Virus record (IMG/VR): IMGVR_UViG_3300032073_000001
DNA from: an uncultured virus (IMG/VR IMGVR_UViG_3300032073_000001)
Lineage: Duplodnaviria; Heunggongvirae; Uroviricota; Caudoviricetes
Reading direction: 5' to 3' (one strand)
Length of the DNA: 64,000 nt
The position numbers and the translations under genes are program-made. Each line of letters begins with the position of its first letter. Within the stretch, counting starts at the first letter, position 1. The notes below the pieces were generated by a model. It made no database searches and was not told where the DNA came from. It saw only the letters and a list, made by a program, of their open reading frames with translations. This document shows, piece by piece, positions 36,860 through 47,044 of this stretch.

Positions 36860-37791
36860 TTGAATTTTACCGATGACATGATTTCTGTTAAACACGCAAC
36901 CGTATTTAATTCATGATCTGCTACGAATGCGTTTTTATATTGATAATCTGCAAGAATAAGTACAACTTGTGGTATACTTTGTGCTTCGACATGTTCTCCC
37001 ATATTATCATATATTTTTCTATATAATGCAACTGGATCACTATCGATATTATCTGATACCCATTGTCGCATTAATTTAAAGTTTTTAAGTTTGAGATGTT
37101 CCATTAAATCATATATTGCTATATCATTAATTTGTACTAATACACCACTATCGATTCTACCGCTTGTAGAATATCTTTGTAATTCATTAATAACTTTACG
37201 CCAATCCGGCATATGTTTCATAATGAGTTCAGCTACAACAGATTCGTCATATGTTATATTTTCTTCTTCGAGAATATGACCACATCTTTGTAAAAATTGC
37301 TGACATAAAACACCGCTATTCTTTTTAGATAAATTGAATTCTACTGTTGTGCATCTTGAGTGTAATGGTTCAATAATACGATTTTTAAAATTACATGTCA
37401 AAATAAATCTACAATTAGCACTAAATTCTTCGATGAATCCACGAAGTGCTGGTTGTGTAGATTGAGGATTAAGATAGTCCGCTTCGTCGAGGATGACTAC
37501 TTTGTACCCACCCTGTAAGGATACCGACGAAGCGAACTGCTTGATTTTGGTTCTAAGTGTATCAATACCACTTTCTTCAGAACCATTCACCAAAAGGTAG
37601 TCCAAAGCTAATTCATTACAAAGTGCTTTCGCTACTGTTGTTTTACCTAAACCGGGAGAACCAGTTAGAAGCATATTGTGCAATTCACCGCCTTTAACAA
37701 TATCTTCGAATGTTGTCTTAATATTCTCTGGTAATATACAATCAGCTATTAGCTTCGGTCTATACTTTTCACACCATAGGAACTCATTCAC
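36856..37791 (-). CDS. 44: clamp loader large subunit gp44
   Basis: LWCEKYRP, GLGKTT, DEADYL, PLHSRC. Confidence 0.95.
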   Translation of the reverse strand: MNEFLWCEKYRPKLIADCILPENIKTTFEDIVKGGELHNMLLTGSPGLGKTTVAKALCNELALDYLLVNGSEESGIDTLRTKIKQFASSVSLQGGYKVVILDEADYLNPQSTQPALRGFIEEFSANCRFILTCNFKNRIIEPLHSRCTTVEFNLSKKNSGVLCQQFLQRCGHILEEENITYDESVVAELIMKHMPDWRKVINELQRYSTSGRIDSGVLVQINDIAIYDLMEHLKLKNFKLMRQWVSDNIDSDPVALYRKIYDNMGEHVEAQSIPQVVLILADYQYKNAFVADHELNTVACLTEIMSSVKFK

Positions 37792-38048
37792 TAGAGTACC
37801 TCCCAACTAACAACTGTATCACATATAAAAGAGCGCCATGCTTCTTTATCCAATGCAAATGCTGCAATGTGTGTTGTTGATGGATCGATGTTATTGATTT
37901 TTAAATTTTGGCCATGAGCTTCCAATACGATTGGATTTAGAGTACATGGCATTACTCTTATACCACCATCATTTATTTTTTCAAATGTGACAGTGACAGT
38001 GCCTCTCTTGAGGGCTTCAATTAGTTTTGCTTTTTCGTTGCGGTCCAT
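37791..38048 (-). CDS. WYL_2/Sm-like small protein
   Basis: VTVTFEK..G.IRVM.CTL...WRSF. Confidence 0.65.
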   Translation of the reverse strand: MDRNEKAKLIEALKRGTVTVTFEKINDGGIRVMPCTLNPIVLEAHGQNLKINNIDPSTTHIAAFALDKEAWRSFICDTVVSWEVL

Positions 38049-38111
38049 AATGTTTCCATAATATAATAAATAAGTGCGCGGGGGAGCTACCCCCACATTA
38101 AGCTAATCGAG

Positions 38112-38363
38112 TTAAGCTTCTTCGGCTTCTACAGTCTCGACTTCTTCTGCTGGCATTACACCTTCAGGTTGGTCTCCATCTTTAGGAGCGTTAGCATTTA
38201 AGAAAGCGACTACTCGGTTTCTTAAACCACCAACTGCTTCCATTTCTGGACCTTCAAAACCGCCTCTTTTAGAACAGACATCAATTATCTGTACCATTGT
38301 TGCGATATCTTGAAGCGAGAGTTGTACAGGCTCTGCTGCTTGATTTTCTACTTGATCAGTCAT
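38112..38363 (-). CDS. conserved acidic hypothetical protein
   Basis: start MTDQVE with AAGGAG; IIDVCSKRGGFEGPE. Confidence 0.75.
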   Translation of the reverse strand: MTDQVENQAAEPVQLSLQDIATMVQIIDVCSKRGGFEGPEMEAVGGLRNRVVAFLNANAPKDGDQPEGVMPAEEVETVEAEEA

Positions 38364-38462
38364 TTTATTTCTCCTTTGCAAAGTAGACTATATTCAGAAG
38401 ACCCGTTAAATCGGCATCTTCCACCATATCCTCATGATTAATGAGAATTCCTTATACATGTA

Positions 38463-38470
38463 TATTTATA
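38463..38470 (-). promoter_or_regulatory. T4-type late promoter at end of gene 45
   Basis: TATAAATA. Confidence 0.7.
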
Positions 38471-39140
38471 CATGAAATTCAGATGATTTCTCTAATGCGA
38501 TAAAATAATTTATCGGGAAATCAGCATTCTGCCAAGACGATATCAATTTTGATGATATTGTCAAGAAGTAATCACCTTCTAGCAGTTTTAAATTCGCAAT
38601 ATTAACTACGAAACTAAACTTGTTTTTACAATCGTTATTATTATCTAATTCGATTTCGTATGCATTAGCTGTAGCGTCTTTACTATCTATAACTTTTGCA
38701 CATATATCTCCATCATGACCTTCAATAACGAGCTCATTGTGTCCAAGAACTGTAGCTGCTTTTCTAATACTAGCTAATGTGTCCATAGACAAAGAAATAC
38801 CAAATTCTGCATCTGGCATATTTAAGTCTTTTTCAGGAGAAGTTAATATCTCAGGTGAAGAGAAGTAATAATTTACTTTTTGTTTACTTGCTCCATGTAC
38901 TGTGACAAACTTATCATCAAAAGAAAGAGTTGAGTCATCAATCAAATTAACCACAGATAGGAATTCATTTAAGTCATATATTCCAAATTCTTGCGGAAAA
39001 TCTTCTTGAATATCTGCAGATGCAAGAATATTCTTTGCGTCTGAAATGGTCGAAAGTTTCTGACCAGGTTTGCATACGATATTTGGATTAATCGTTGCAA
39101 AGTTTTTTAACACCTTTAAAGTGTCGTTTGATATATTCAT
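38466..39140 (-). CDS. 45: sliding clamp gp45
   Basis: LKNFATIN, FGIYDLNEFL, YFIALE. Confidence 0.95.
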   Translation of the reverse strand: MNISNDTLKVLKNFATINPNIVCKPGQKLSTISDAKNILASADIQEDFPQEFGIYDLNEFLSVVNLIDDSTLSFDDKFVTVHGASKQKVNYYFSSPEILTSPEKDLNMPDAEFGISLSMDTLASIRKAATVLGHNELVIEGHDGDICAKVIDSKDATANAYEIELDNNNDCKNKFSFVVNIANLKLLEGDYFLTISSKLISSWQNADFPINYFIALEKSSEFHV

Positions 39141-39149
39141 AATATAATC

Positions 39150-39431
39150 CTATTTGTTATGTTCATTGTCATGAACGTTCAATGCTATGATCGCATAGTG
39201 TAAAACCTTCATTAGATCTTTCCTATTATAACCATCCTTTTTACCATATCGTTGTGCATACTTCAATATGTTTCCTAAACAAAAGCCTTCACCATGACCA
39301 CCGTCAATAATAAACTCTGTTGCTTGAAATTTGTTTTTAGAATAGTGCGCTGTATACGTACTATCTATATAATTTGCGAGCTCTTTGCAGAGCTCACCTT
39401 CATTAAATTTGTATTCTATCTTTTTATGCAT
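39150..39431 (-). CDS. DUF3310-like protein
   Basis: HY...GFCLGNILKYAQRYGKK...DLMK. Confidence 0.75.
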   Translation of the reverse strand: MHKKIEYKFNEGELCKELANYIDSTYTAHYSKNKFQATEFIIDGGHGEGFCLGNILKYAQRYGKKDGYNRKDLMKVLHYAIIALNVHDNEHNK

Positions 39432-40602
39432 ATGAATCTCCATCTTCATTTACAGTTCCGTCATCTTCAGGAGTGTCGAATGAAACTCCTGAATCGACTT
39501 TAGTGTAAAGATCTAAGAAAGCTTCTTTTGTATCATCATCAAATCTTGCGATGCACAAATCGATTGCTTTCATTCTATCATCAAAGATAGAGTATGTTTG
39601 TACAATGTGACAAAGCCTTCTTGTTGAAATAACTTCATCTACACCATCATCATAAAATGTTTTTCTAATAATATCTGCCCATGCTACTAGATTTTCTGTG
39701 AAATCTATAACATCGTCATTAAGATCAACACCAAATTTACTAAAATGATTATGAACAATCTTTTTCTCAATCGCTTGAGAAGGAAATTGCTGATCAACTG
39801 AGATAGTAAATCTTTCTAAGAAAGCATCATCTATAATAGTTGCTGCAGTAAATCTTCCATCTTCTGAACCTTTACCTTTTGTATTTGCAGTTGCTATTAC
39901 ATTAAAACCTTGAGAAGGTTTAACAATCTCTCCAGTTTTCTTAACAAGAACAGGTTTTCCTTCGAGAATACCTTGAAGACACATAATCTTATTTGTTGCT
40001 CTATCGATTTCGTCAAGAAGAAGTATTGCACCATTTTCCATTGCTTTAAGCACTGGACCTTTTGCAAAAACTGTTTCTCCATTAATCAATCTAAATCCAC
40101 CGATTAAATCGTCTTCATCAGTTTCAGGATTAATTTGAACTCTAATAAATTCTCTTTTTAGTTTAGCACATGCTTGTTCAATCATAAATGTTTTACCATT
40201 TCCAGATAATCCACTTATGTATGTTGGATAGAACATTCCAGATTTGATAATTTTAACGATATCTGTATGTGCTCCCCATGCTACATATGAAGGATCAACT
40301 TCAGCATATGATTTTTCAGAATTTACAATTGATTGCATTTGAGCTGCTGCTACTGGTGTAGGAAGAGTAGTAACATTTGATTCATGTAATGGAACAACCA
40401 TCGATGAAAGATCAAACGTACCACGTCTAATTCTATATTGTTCAGAGATTAGATCTTTCCAATCTCCATATCTATAACCTAAAGCTTTCGCTGTGTCGAT
40501 TATAGTTGCTGTACGAAATTCGCTCGTATCAGGAAATCTACTTACTAGTTCTTCAACTATTTTTGTAGTAGATGGTTTTAGTGTTAATTCACTTTTTTTC
40601 AT
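39424..40602 (-). CDS. MoxR/CobS-like AAA+ ATPase
   Basis: GLSGNGKT, DLIGG, LLLDEID, ISTRRL. Confidence 0.9.
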   Translation of the reverse strand: MKKSELTLKPSTTKIVEELVSRFPDTSEFRTATIIDTAKALGYRYGDWKDLISEQYRIRRGTFDLSSMVVPLHESNVTTLPTPVAAAQMQSIVNSEKSYAEVDPSYVAWGAHTDIVKIIKSGMFYPTYISGLSGNGKTFMIEQACAKLKREFIRVQINPETDEDDLIGGFRLINGETVFAKGPVLKAMENGAILLLDEIDRATNKIMCLQGILEGKPVLVKKTGEIVKPSQGFNVIATANTKGKGSEDGRFTAATIIDDAFLERFTISVDQQFPSQAIEKKIVHNHFSKFGVDLNDDVIDFTENLVAWADIIRKTFYDDGVDEVISTRRLCHIVQTYSIFDDRMKAIDLCIARFDDDTKEAFLDLYTKVDSGVSFDTPEDDGTVNEDGDSYA

Positions 40603-40646
40603 AATATATACACTCCTTACTGTGTTTTATTTTTTAATATAGGGAT

Positions 40647-40705
40647 ATTATACCACATACAATAGTAAATGTACATGCTTTTTTTCACTTTTTTTCACTT
40701 TTTTT
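40647..40705 (-). promoter_or_regulatory. strong early promoter with phased A-tract UP element
   Basis: GTGAAAAAAA repeats then GCATGTACA-17 nt-TATAAT. Confidence 0.85.
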
Positions 40706-42986
40706 AAGCTACTGCCTTTCCAAATCTTGTTAATAATACTTTATTTTTCTTCTTAGATTTAGCTTGTTTTTTAAATGCATTTCTAACTTGAGCTGTAGTA
40801 TTATCTGAAGTTATGTCATTCATAGCTTCATCACCTTGAGCAGTCAATTTCTTACCACCTTTAATGATATAAAACTCGTTATAACCTAATGTATTTTCTT
40901 TGACAACACACTTATTATGACGATATTCTGTATTAGCTGATTTCTTTAGATCATTCCATTCTTCTGAATAGTAATCAATATAATCGTTAGATTTTCTATT
41001 GTCTTCTATTGCTGCATGAACTCTATTGTAAAAATGTCTATTATCGTCTGCCATAAAAAATCCTAAGTTATTAGTATTGTATCTTTTTCTAAGATTTTCT
41101 AGTAGATTTTTAGTACCAGTTTTTCCAACATTATCGAGTTTTACGCTTTTGCCTTCAACTTTAATATTTAAACCATTCATTCCATAAGACACATTAACAT
41201 CTTTATAGTCTTGAAGTTTTCTGTCTTGATACACATTCAGTCTATTTGTATCACCATCACTTAAACACACAAAATTCATTTTTTCAATACCATGCTTAAG
41301 CTTAAATCTTTTAACAAGAGTATGTGAAACTATTAATGCATGATTTAGTGGAGTAGATCCCCAATCTTCAAATTTGCTTTGAAAATCATTGTACCAATAA
41401 TCACTATCCATTTTTGCAAATAAATTGTGCATTGCTGTCATATATTCTGCTTTTTTCAGATCTGAAGATACTAACAAAGGCATTGAAAGATCATCTACAT
41501 CTAATGATGCATCTTTAAATAATTTTCTATTTTTATTGACCATTGCATTATGTGCATCAATTGCAACATTACGAGGATCATCACCATTTGTTTCATGTGA
41601 AGAATATCTGTCTTTTTCGATTAACCTTCTATTTCCAGTTGTAAACGCATATACTTCAAAAGGTATATTAACTGCTTTACAAAAAGATACTAAATGCATT
41701 AATTGATCTAATACTTGAGGCATAGACTCTGACATTGATCCACTATAATCAACTATCATCATCATACCATGATTTTTAGAATTCGCGAGAGAAGTTACTC
41801 TTGCAAAAATATCTTCGTTATACTTATATGAATGTACTTTGTTAACGTCTAAAGAACCACTTTTTGCAGTAGTAGCTCTTTGCCACTGATGTGCTGCTTT
41901 TCTCATTTCAAATTCTTTAACAGCAAAATTAACATTTTTACGTGTATCTTTCATATAGACATTAAATTTGTCTTTACACCTTTCTAATGTATTACTACTT
42001 TTAGCTTGTATAAGTCTATCTTCTGCTAAAGTTTTATGATCAATTACACACACATCAACAATGTCTTTTGAAATACCATTTGAGTATAAGGTTTGCAAAC
42101 CGCTATTATCTCTTTCGACTAAACCACTTTCTTTATCTCTAAATATTTCATCAGTAACCGAATAATCTTCATCACGATTATGTTGAGGAGAATCAGAAAG
42201 TGTTGGAGATTCGACATCTTCTTGGCTTGAGCTTTCAATCTCATCCGTGGAGCTTGAACTTTCTCCTTCACTTTCTTCTTCGTTTTTTGTAGATGGTGCA
42301 TTCTCTGATTCAGTTTCTCCTGAATCCTCAGAATCCATATCATCATGTCCTTGTGGAGGTTGATAATCATTAGAATCATCAGAAATCATTTCTTCTTGAT
42401 CTTCAGCTTCTGGTTGTTGCATTAACTCTTCTTGATTTTCTTTAGTATATGCAAGAACATCTCTAACTAATGCAATAACATCTTCGAAGGTTTCATTTTG
42501 CATAGCTCTATCAAATAAAGCTTTTTCTTCTGAATTAAATGGAACATCAATTGCTCTACCTAATTTTGACTTAAGATTGATTTTATCAATAAGTTTAACA
42601 TCATCGAAGTCTAGATTTTCTAAATCTCCAAAGAATTCGTCATCAGACAGTTTCTTATAACCTCTTAAAAAAGGACCAACTAAACCTGGATATTCTCTAC
42701 GTATTAATTTTTCAATACGTGCATCTTCAATAACATTGATATATGATCGAGGACATCCTTCTAGTTTTTCAGGAGAATCATGCCAACCTTCAAATGGTGT
42801 ATACAAAGCATGTCCAACTTCATGACCAATTAATAGATCATAAACGTCTTTACCATTATCTGCCCACGAGGGAAGTCCCAAAGTACGATTTTTAATATCG
42901 AACCATGCTGTATGATAATTTCCGTGTTGAATGGTAATGTTCTCTTTTGCGAGTAATTTACCTATTGCTTTGTTTTGCATAACCAC
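40704..42986 (-). CDS. zincin-like peptidase / vWA (CobT-like) protein
   Basis: HEVGH, NVIEDARIE, acidic linker, MIDAS DYSGSM, TPL, SDG. Confidence 0.85.
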   Translation of the reverse strand: MVMQNKAIGKLLAKENITIQHGNYHTAWFDIKNRTLGLPSWADNGKDVYDLLIGHEVGHALYTPFEGWHDSPEKLEGCPRSYINVIEDARIEKLIRREYPGLVGPFLRGYKKLSDDEFFGDLENLDFDDVKLIDKINLKSKLGRAIDVPFNSEEKALFDRAMQNETFEDVIALVRDVLAYTKENQEELMQQPEAEDQEEMISDDSNDYQPPQGHDDMDSEDSGETESENAPSTKNEEESEGESSSSTDEIESSSQEDVESPTLSDSPQHNRDEDYSVTDEIFRDKESGLVERDNSGLQTLYSNGISKDIVDVCVIDHKTLAEDRLIQAKSSNTLERCKDKFNVYMKDTRKNVNFAVKEFEMRKAAHQWQRATTAKSGSLDVNKVHSYKYNEDIFARVTSLANSKNHGMMMIVDYSGSMSESMPQVLDQLMHLVSFCKAVNIPFEVYAFTTGNRRLIEKDRYSSHETNGDDPRNVAIDAHNAMVNKNRKLFKDASLDVDDLSMPLLVSSDLKKAEYMTAMHNLFAKMDSDYWYNDFQSKFEDWGSTPLNHALIVSHTLVKRFKLKHGIEKMNFVCLSDGDTNRLNVYQDRKLQDYKDVNVSYGMNGLNIKVEGKSVKLDNVGKTGTKNLLENLRKRYNTNNLGFFMADDNRHFYNRVHAAIEDNRKSNDYIDYYSEEWNDLKKSANTEYRHNKCVVKENTLGYNEFYIIKGGKKLTAQGDEAMNDITSDNTTAQVRNAFKKQAKSKKKNKVLLTRFGKAVA

Positions 42987-43018
42987 TCCTTACTTTGGTT
43001 TATTTATTTAATGGGTAT

Positions 43019-43046
43019 ATTATACCATATGGACCGGGAATGTACA
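43019..43046 (-). promoter_or_regulatory. sigma70-like promoter (16-nt spacer)
   Basis: TGTACA-16 nt-TATAAT. Confidence 0.7.
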
Positions 43047-43072
43047 TAGGGCCCCCCTAAAAAAAGTCACAT

Positions 43073-43252
43073 TTATTTCACTTTTTTTAAACAAACTTTG
43101 CCGTCTGTATCTTCATATAGTATAAATTTATCTCCTTGTTCAAACATATGGTTTTCTTCTAATTTCTCCATTGTGATTTTATCTTCATCATCAGAGAACT
43201 GAATACCATATGGACTCATTGATAATTTATATCCTACATACGTCATTTTCAT
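43073..43252 (-). CDS. 59-aa hypothetical protein (not in ORF track)
   Basis: MKMTYVGY...KVCLKKVK with AGG RBS. Confidence 0.6.
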   Translation of the reverse strand: MKMTYVGYKLSMSPYGIQFSDDEDKITMEKLEENHMFEQGDKFILYEDTDGKVCLKKVK

Positions 43253-43274
43253 TTTACCTTTCCTTTTGTTTATA

Positions 43275-43351
43275 TGGCGCGCCTGAGAGGATTCGAACCT
43301 CTGACATTCGGCTTAGAAGGCCGATGCTCTATCCAGCTGAGCTACAAGCGC
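43275..43351 (-). tRNA. tRNA-Arg(TCT)
   Basis: cloverleaf, anticodon loop CTTCTAA, GTTCGAATC, encoded CCA. Confidence 0.95.
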
Positions 43352-43356
43352 GGAAC

Positions 43357-43432
43357 TGGAGCTACTGGTCAGATTCGAACTGACGACCTGCTGATTACAA
43401 ATCAGCTGCTCTGCCAACTGAGCTACAGTAGC
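43357..43432 (-). tRNA. tRNA-Thr(TGT)
   Basis: cloverleaf, anticodon loop TTTGTAA, GTTCGAATC, encoded CCA. Confidence 0.95.
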
Positions 43433-43539
43433 TTTTTTGAAGAATGTTGGCCTGCTTGAATTCTTCTGTGAGCGGGTGTGCGTTTAAAATATGTTACTAA
43501 GGTATATACTAACCACAATTCACACCCGCGCTGTTTTAC

Positions 43540-45255
43540 TTATCTAATCTTTGAAAAGTTCCTATCTTTATAAAATTCTATCTTGGATCTGAATTTATTC
43601 TCTAAAATATCACCTTTATGTGATATAATGAACACATTTGTGCCCTCCTCGAGCGTATTTAGTATTTTTGTTAGATTATCTATGCCATCTACGTCTAAAC
43701 TTGAGTCAAAAGTCTCATCAAGGATCAATAAATTGCTACTTGCACTGTTTTTCATTTTAGCGATCTGGCGCCATGTAAAGAGCAAAGCTAAGTCTATACG
43801 TTGCTTCTCCCCTTCAGAAAATGATGCATAATTAAAGGTATCACGATGTCGTGATCTAATAGTTTCAGTGAAGTTTTCATCTAAATGAAATGCAACAAAG
43901 AAATCTAAAACTTGTAAATAATTGTTAATTAACCTATTCATAACTGGTAGATATTGTTTAATGACCTTTGTTTTAATACCTGTATCTTTAAGCATTTCAC
44001 CAATTACTTCGTTATATGTTCTTTCTTCAACGAACTCTAATTTTCTTTCTGTTGATTTGTCTTTATCTTTACGTAATTTCTCTAACTCTTTCTTAGCCGT
44101 TTTAACATCACCAGATTGTGAATTTAATGCTGCTATTTCTTTTTGTATCTTATCTACTTCTTTTTGTAAAAGAGATGCAGCATCATTATTTGAATTGATT
44201 TTGGTTTGTCTTTCTTGTAAATCTGATATTTGTTTTTTATATGTAGCTAAATCATGATTAGCAGAATCTAATTCTTTCTTTAAGATATCCATATCCATTT
44301 GAACGTCTTTGGCATTACCTTGAATAATTGTAAGCTTTTCTGTTTTTTTGTCTTGTTCAATTGCTTGATCACATGTTGGACAATGATCATTATCTTCATA
44401 AAATCTAGCTTCTTTGACTAATGATTTGATTGATTCATTATATGAATAATTTTTAGCTTGTAATTGACTAATTGAATCACTTTGTTGTTCTGATAATGAT
44501 TGTGCTGTTTTCATTTCAGTTGCTAAATTCTTTCCTAATTCTCGAGAATTTTCAAACAATAATCCAATGTCTTTTGTATGATCCTCTGCTGCTTTTGTTT
44601 TTTGATTAATCATATCTTTATTAATCGATTGAAGATCTTTTATATATTTGTTTTGAGCATCGGTCTTTGTTTTAAGAATATCTAAATGATGTGTGACATC
44701 TGTAATTTCTTCTTTAATTTTAGTATTACGTTCTCTTAATAATCCTTTCATCTTCGAAAATATATTAATATCTAGCAAATCTTCAATGACTTCTCTTCTT
44801 GTCCACGCAGGTAATTGCATAAACGGAATAAAGGATGAAGATCCTAATACAACCACTTGATGAAATGATTTGTGATTTAGTTTTAAAATATTTTGTTCTA
44901 AATACTTTTGATGATCTCTCGCATTTGATGCTTGATTTATTTGATGTCCATTTTGATATATTTCGAATTTGTTTGGTTTAATACCTCTGTATACTCTAAA
45001 CTCTTGGCCACCTACAACAAACTCGACTTCTACAACCGTGCCTTTCTTATTAATACTATTGATCATTTGATCTTTCTTAATATCACGATGAGGTTTTCCA
45101 AACAAACCAAAAGATATTGCATCTAATAAAGTTGATTTGCCTGCGCCATTTGCACCCACTATTAATGTTGTTGGTGCTCTATCTAATTGTATTTCAGTAA
45201 ATTCTTTTCCAGTGGATAGAAAATTCTTCCACTTACACGATTTAAATTCTATCAT
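43540..45255 (-). CDS. 46: recombination endonuclease ATPase subunit gp46 (SbcC/Rad50-like)
   Basis: GANGAGKS, CPTC hook, FSEGE, LILDE. Confidence 0.95.
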   Translation of the reverse strand: MIEFKSCKWKNFLSTGKEFTEIQLDRAPTTLIVGANGAGKSTLLDAISFGLFGKPHRDIKKDQMINSINKKGTVVEVEFVVGGQEFRVYRGIKPNKFEIYQNGHQINQASNARDHQKYLEQNILKLNHKSFHQVVVLGSSSFIPFMQLPAWTRREVIEDLLDINIFSKMKGLLRERNTKIKEEITDVTHHLDILKTKTDAQNKYIKDLQSINKDMINQKTKAAEDHTKDIGLLFENSRELGKNLATEMKTAQSLSEQQSDSISQLQAKNYSYNESIKSLVKEARFYEDNDHCPTCDQAIEQDKKTEKLTIIQGNAKDVQMDMDILKKELDSANHDLATYKKQISDLQERQTKINSNNDAASLLQKEVDKIQKEIAALNSQSGDVKTAKKELEKLRKDKDKSTERKLEFVEERTYNEVIGEMLKDTGIKTKVIKQYLPVMNRLINNYLQVLDFFVAFHLDENFTETIRSRHRDTFNYASFSEGEKQRIDLALLFTWRQIAKMKNSASSNLLILDETFDSSLDVDGIDNLTKILNTLEEGTNVFIISHKGDILENKFRSKIEFYKDRNFSKIR

Positions 45256-46316
45256 ATGATCTCTAAATTTTGAGCTTCAGTATATAACTCACGTAGTTTC
45301 AATTTTATATGGTCTTTATCTAAATCAGTATCGACCGCTTCAACATATGTATCTAACAATTCGGTTGTATCTTCCATTGAATCTACCTTTTCATCATCTA
45401 CACTATCGCCTAAAAACTCCTCAAAGTTTTCTGCTATCTTTAATTCATATGTTTCTACTGTTTGTAATTTATCAACAAACTTATCAAACATATAAAGATC
45501 TTTCTTATTTAATACAATAAACTTAACAAATTTGTGTTTGAATTGTTCTACATCAATAGTATTGTAATCTATCTTAGAATCATCATACACAAATTTCTTA
45601 AATATTGTAATAGGATTTCTAACCTTAGTTAATTCTCTTGTTTCTGTATCTAATATATGAAAATATTTAGGATCATCTACATCTGCCCACGTCATTTCAA
45701 ATTGAGATCCTAAATAATGTACTGGTCCTCGATTTGATCTTGTATGAAAATGTCCAGATAATACCATTTCGAATCTTTGAAATATATCATCGCTCATTCC
45801 ATGGGGATTTGGCATTCCTGGCATCATATCGAATCCCTTTAATTCTAAATGTGCTCCTACAATATCTGCTTTACATGTTTTAAGAAATTCTGTATATTCT
45901 GTATAGTTGGCGTTATTAATCCATGGTACTAATGCTACTTTACAACCGTCATAGTCCATGACAGTAGGTTTCATTACGATATTAACGTTAGAAGTAAAAT
46001 ATCCGAGCAACTCTTTGAGGCTGCACAACTCATTAGTGTTTTTAAAGTAAACATCATGATTACCAGGAATGATATCCATACTAATGCCCATATCCCTAAG
46101 AGGCTCAAGAAAATGTTTGCGATTTTGATTAAGAGCTTTAAAATTGACGAATTTTCGGTGTTCATAATAATCTCCTAAGTGCAAAATGTTTTTAATATTA
46201 TGCTCTTTCAGATATGGAAAGAATACTTCATTATAAAATCTTTCTTGATAATTAAGGAATATATCTGAGGAATTCCTGACACCACAATGAGTGTCATTCA
46301 ATATAGCTACTTTCAT
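45252..46316 (-). CDS. 47: recombination endonuclease subunit gp47 (SbcD/Mre11-like)
   Basis: DTH, LGD, GNHD, SGHFH. Confidence 0.95.
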   Translation of the reverse strand: MKVAILNDTHCGVRNSSDIFLNYQERFYNEVFFPYLKEHNIKNILHLGDYYEHRKFVNFKALNQNRKHFLEPLRDMGISMDIIPGNHDVYFKNTNELCSLKELLGYFTSNVNIVMKPTVMDYDGCKVALVPWINNANYTEYTEFLKTCKADIVGAHLELKGFDMMPGMPNPHGMSDDIFQRFEMVLSGHFHTRSNRGPVHYLGSQFEMTWADVDDPKYFHILDTETRELTKVRNPITIFKKFVYDDSKIDYNTIDVEQFKHKFVKFIVLNKKDLYMFDKFVDKLQTVETYELKIAENFEEFLGDSVDDEKVDSMEDTTELLDTYVEAVDTDLDKDHIKLKLRELYTEAQNLEII

Positions 46317-46882
46317 ACCATGAATAACTCAAGTTTTTGGAGTTTCTTTTTTTCCTCTTTTGCAAATTCTTTAAGTGCGCTATCTGTATCTCTAACTTTA
46401 GATATTCTTTGTCTTAATGTGTCGACATAATTCATAGTTTGTTCTGCACCATCTCCGTCCATACCCATAGCTACGAAATCTTCTATACCCATTTTTTCAA
46501 TGAATTTAAATTTAATATCTTGCTGTTTTTTCTCTTTAGCAATTCTACGAATAAACGCAAAATAACATATCTGAGTAAAATACGAAAATGCATTGGGCTT
46601 TCCAGTCCTTGTTGCAGTTTCTATATTATAATTATTAATCGCTCTTAAACAATTTTCTACAGCATCCATTACCATTTCTTCTCTATAAGTATATCTTACA
46701 AAGTTTGGTCTATGTGATAAACCTTCTGATATTTTAAGAAAGCATTGCGCAACATAATCTGTTACAACTGGTACTGGTTCATCTTTTGCTTTAGCGTCAT
46801 TTGCTGTTTTAACATATTCTACTACTGCATAAGAGAATTCTTTATTGTTTATATAGTGAGCCTTTTTCTTTGGGTCAGCCAT
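46313..46882 (-). CDS. 55: late sigma factor gp55
   Basis: HYINNKEF, PNFVRYTYREEM, NAFSYFTQI. Confidence 0.94.
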   Translation of the reverse strand: MADPKKKAHYINNKEFSYAVVEYVKTANDAKAKDEPVPVVTDYVAQCFLKISEGLSHRPNFVRYTYREEMVMDAVENCLRAINNYNIETATRTGKPNAFSYFTQICYFAFIRRIAKEKKQQDIKFKFIEKMGIEDFVAMGMDGDGAEQTMNYVDTLRQRISKVRDTDSALKEFAKEEKKKLQKLELFMV

Positions 46883-46914
46883 AATAAATCTCCATTTTTA
46901 GCTTATTAGGGTAT

Positions 46915-46943
46915 ATTATACCACACTTTTTATGTTTTGTACA
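46915..46943 (-). promoter_or_regulatory. sigma70-like promoter of gene 55
   Basis: TGTACA-17 nt-TATAAT. Confidence 0.8.
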
Positions 46944-46954
46944 TAGTTAATTTA

Positions 46955-47007
46955 AATGAAAAAAAGTGAAAAAAAGCATGTACAAATGCTCCAATATATG
47001 GTATAAT
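46955..47007 (+). promoter_or_regulatory. strong plus-strand promoter with UP element and no downstream ORF
   Basis: A-tracts-GCATGTACA-17 nt-TATAAT, same architecture as 19266 and 40647. Confidence 0.8.
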
Positions 47008-47044
47008 ATAAGAGGTCTTCTGAGAGGCAGAGGTATACCCTAGT

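Noticed and set aside
40676..40705. TTTTTTTCAC tandem repeats as CRISPR or VNTR
   Set aside because: Only 2-3 units with no spacers; explained as phased promoter UP elements. No CRISPR array seen in the window
39424..42986. cobS/cobT as cobalamin auxiliary metabolic genes
   Set aside because: Generic MoxR AAA+/vWA pair; no other cobalamin genes in the window
43274..43459. 61-aa plus-strand ORF
   Set aside because: It is the reverse complement of the two tRNA genes
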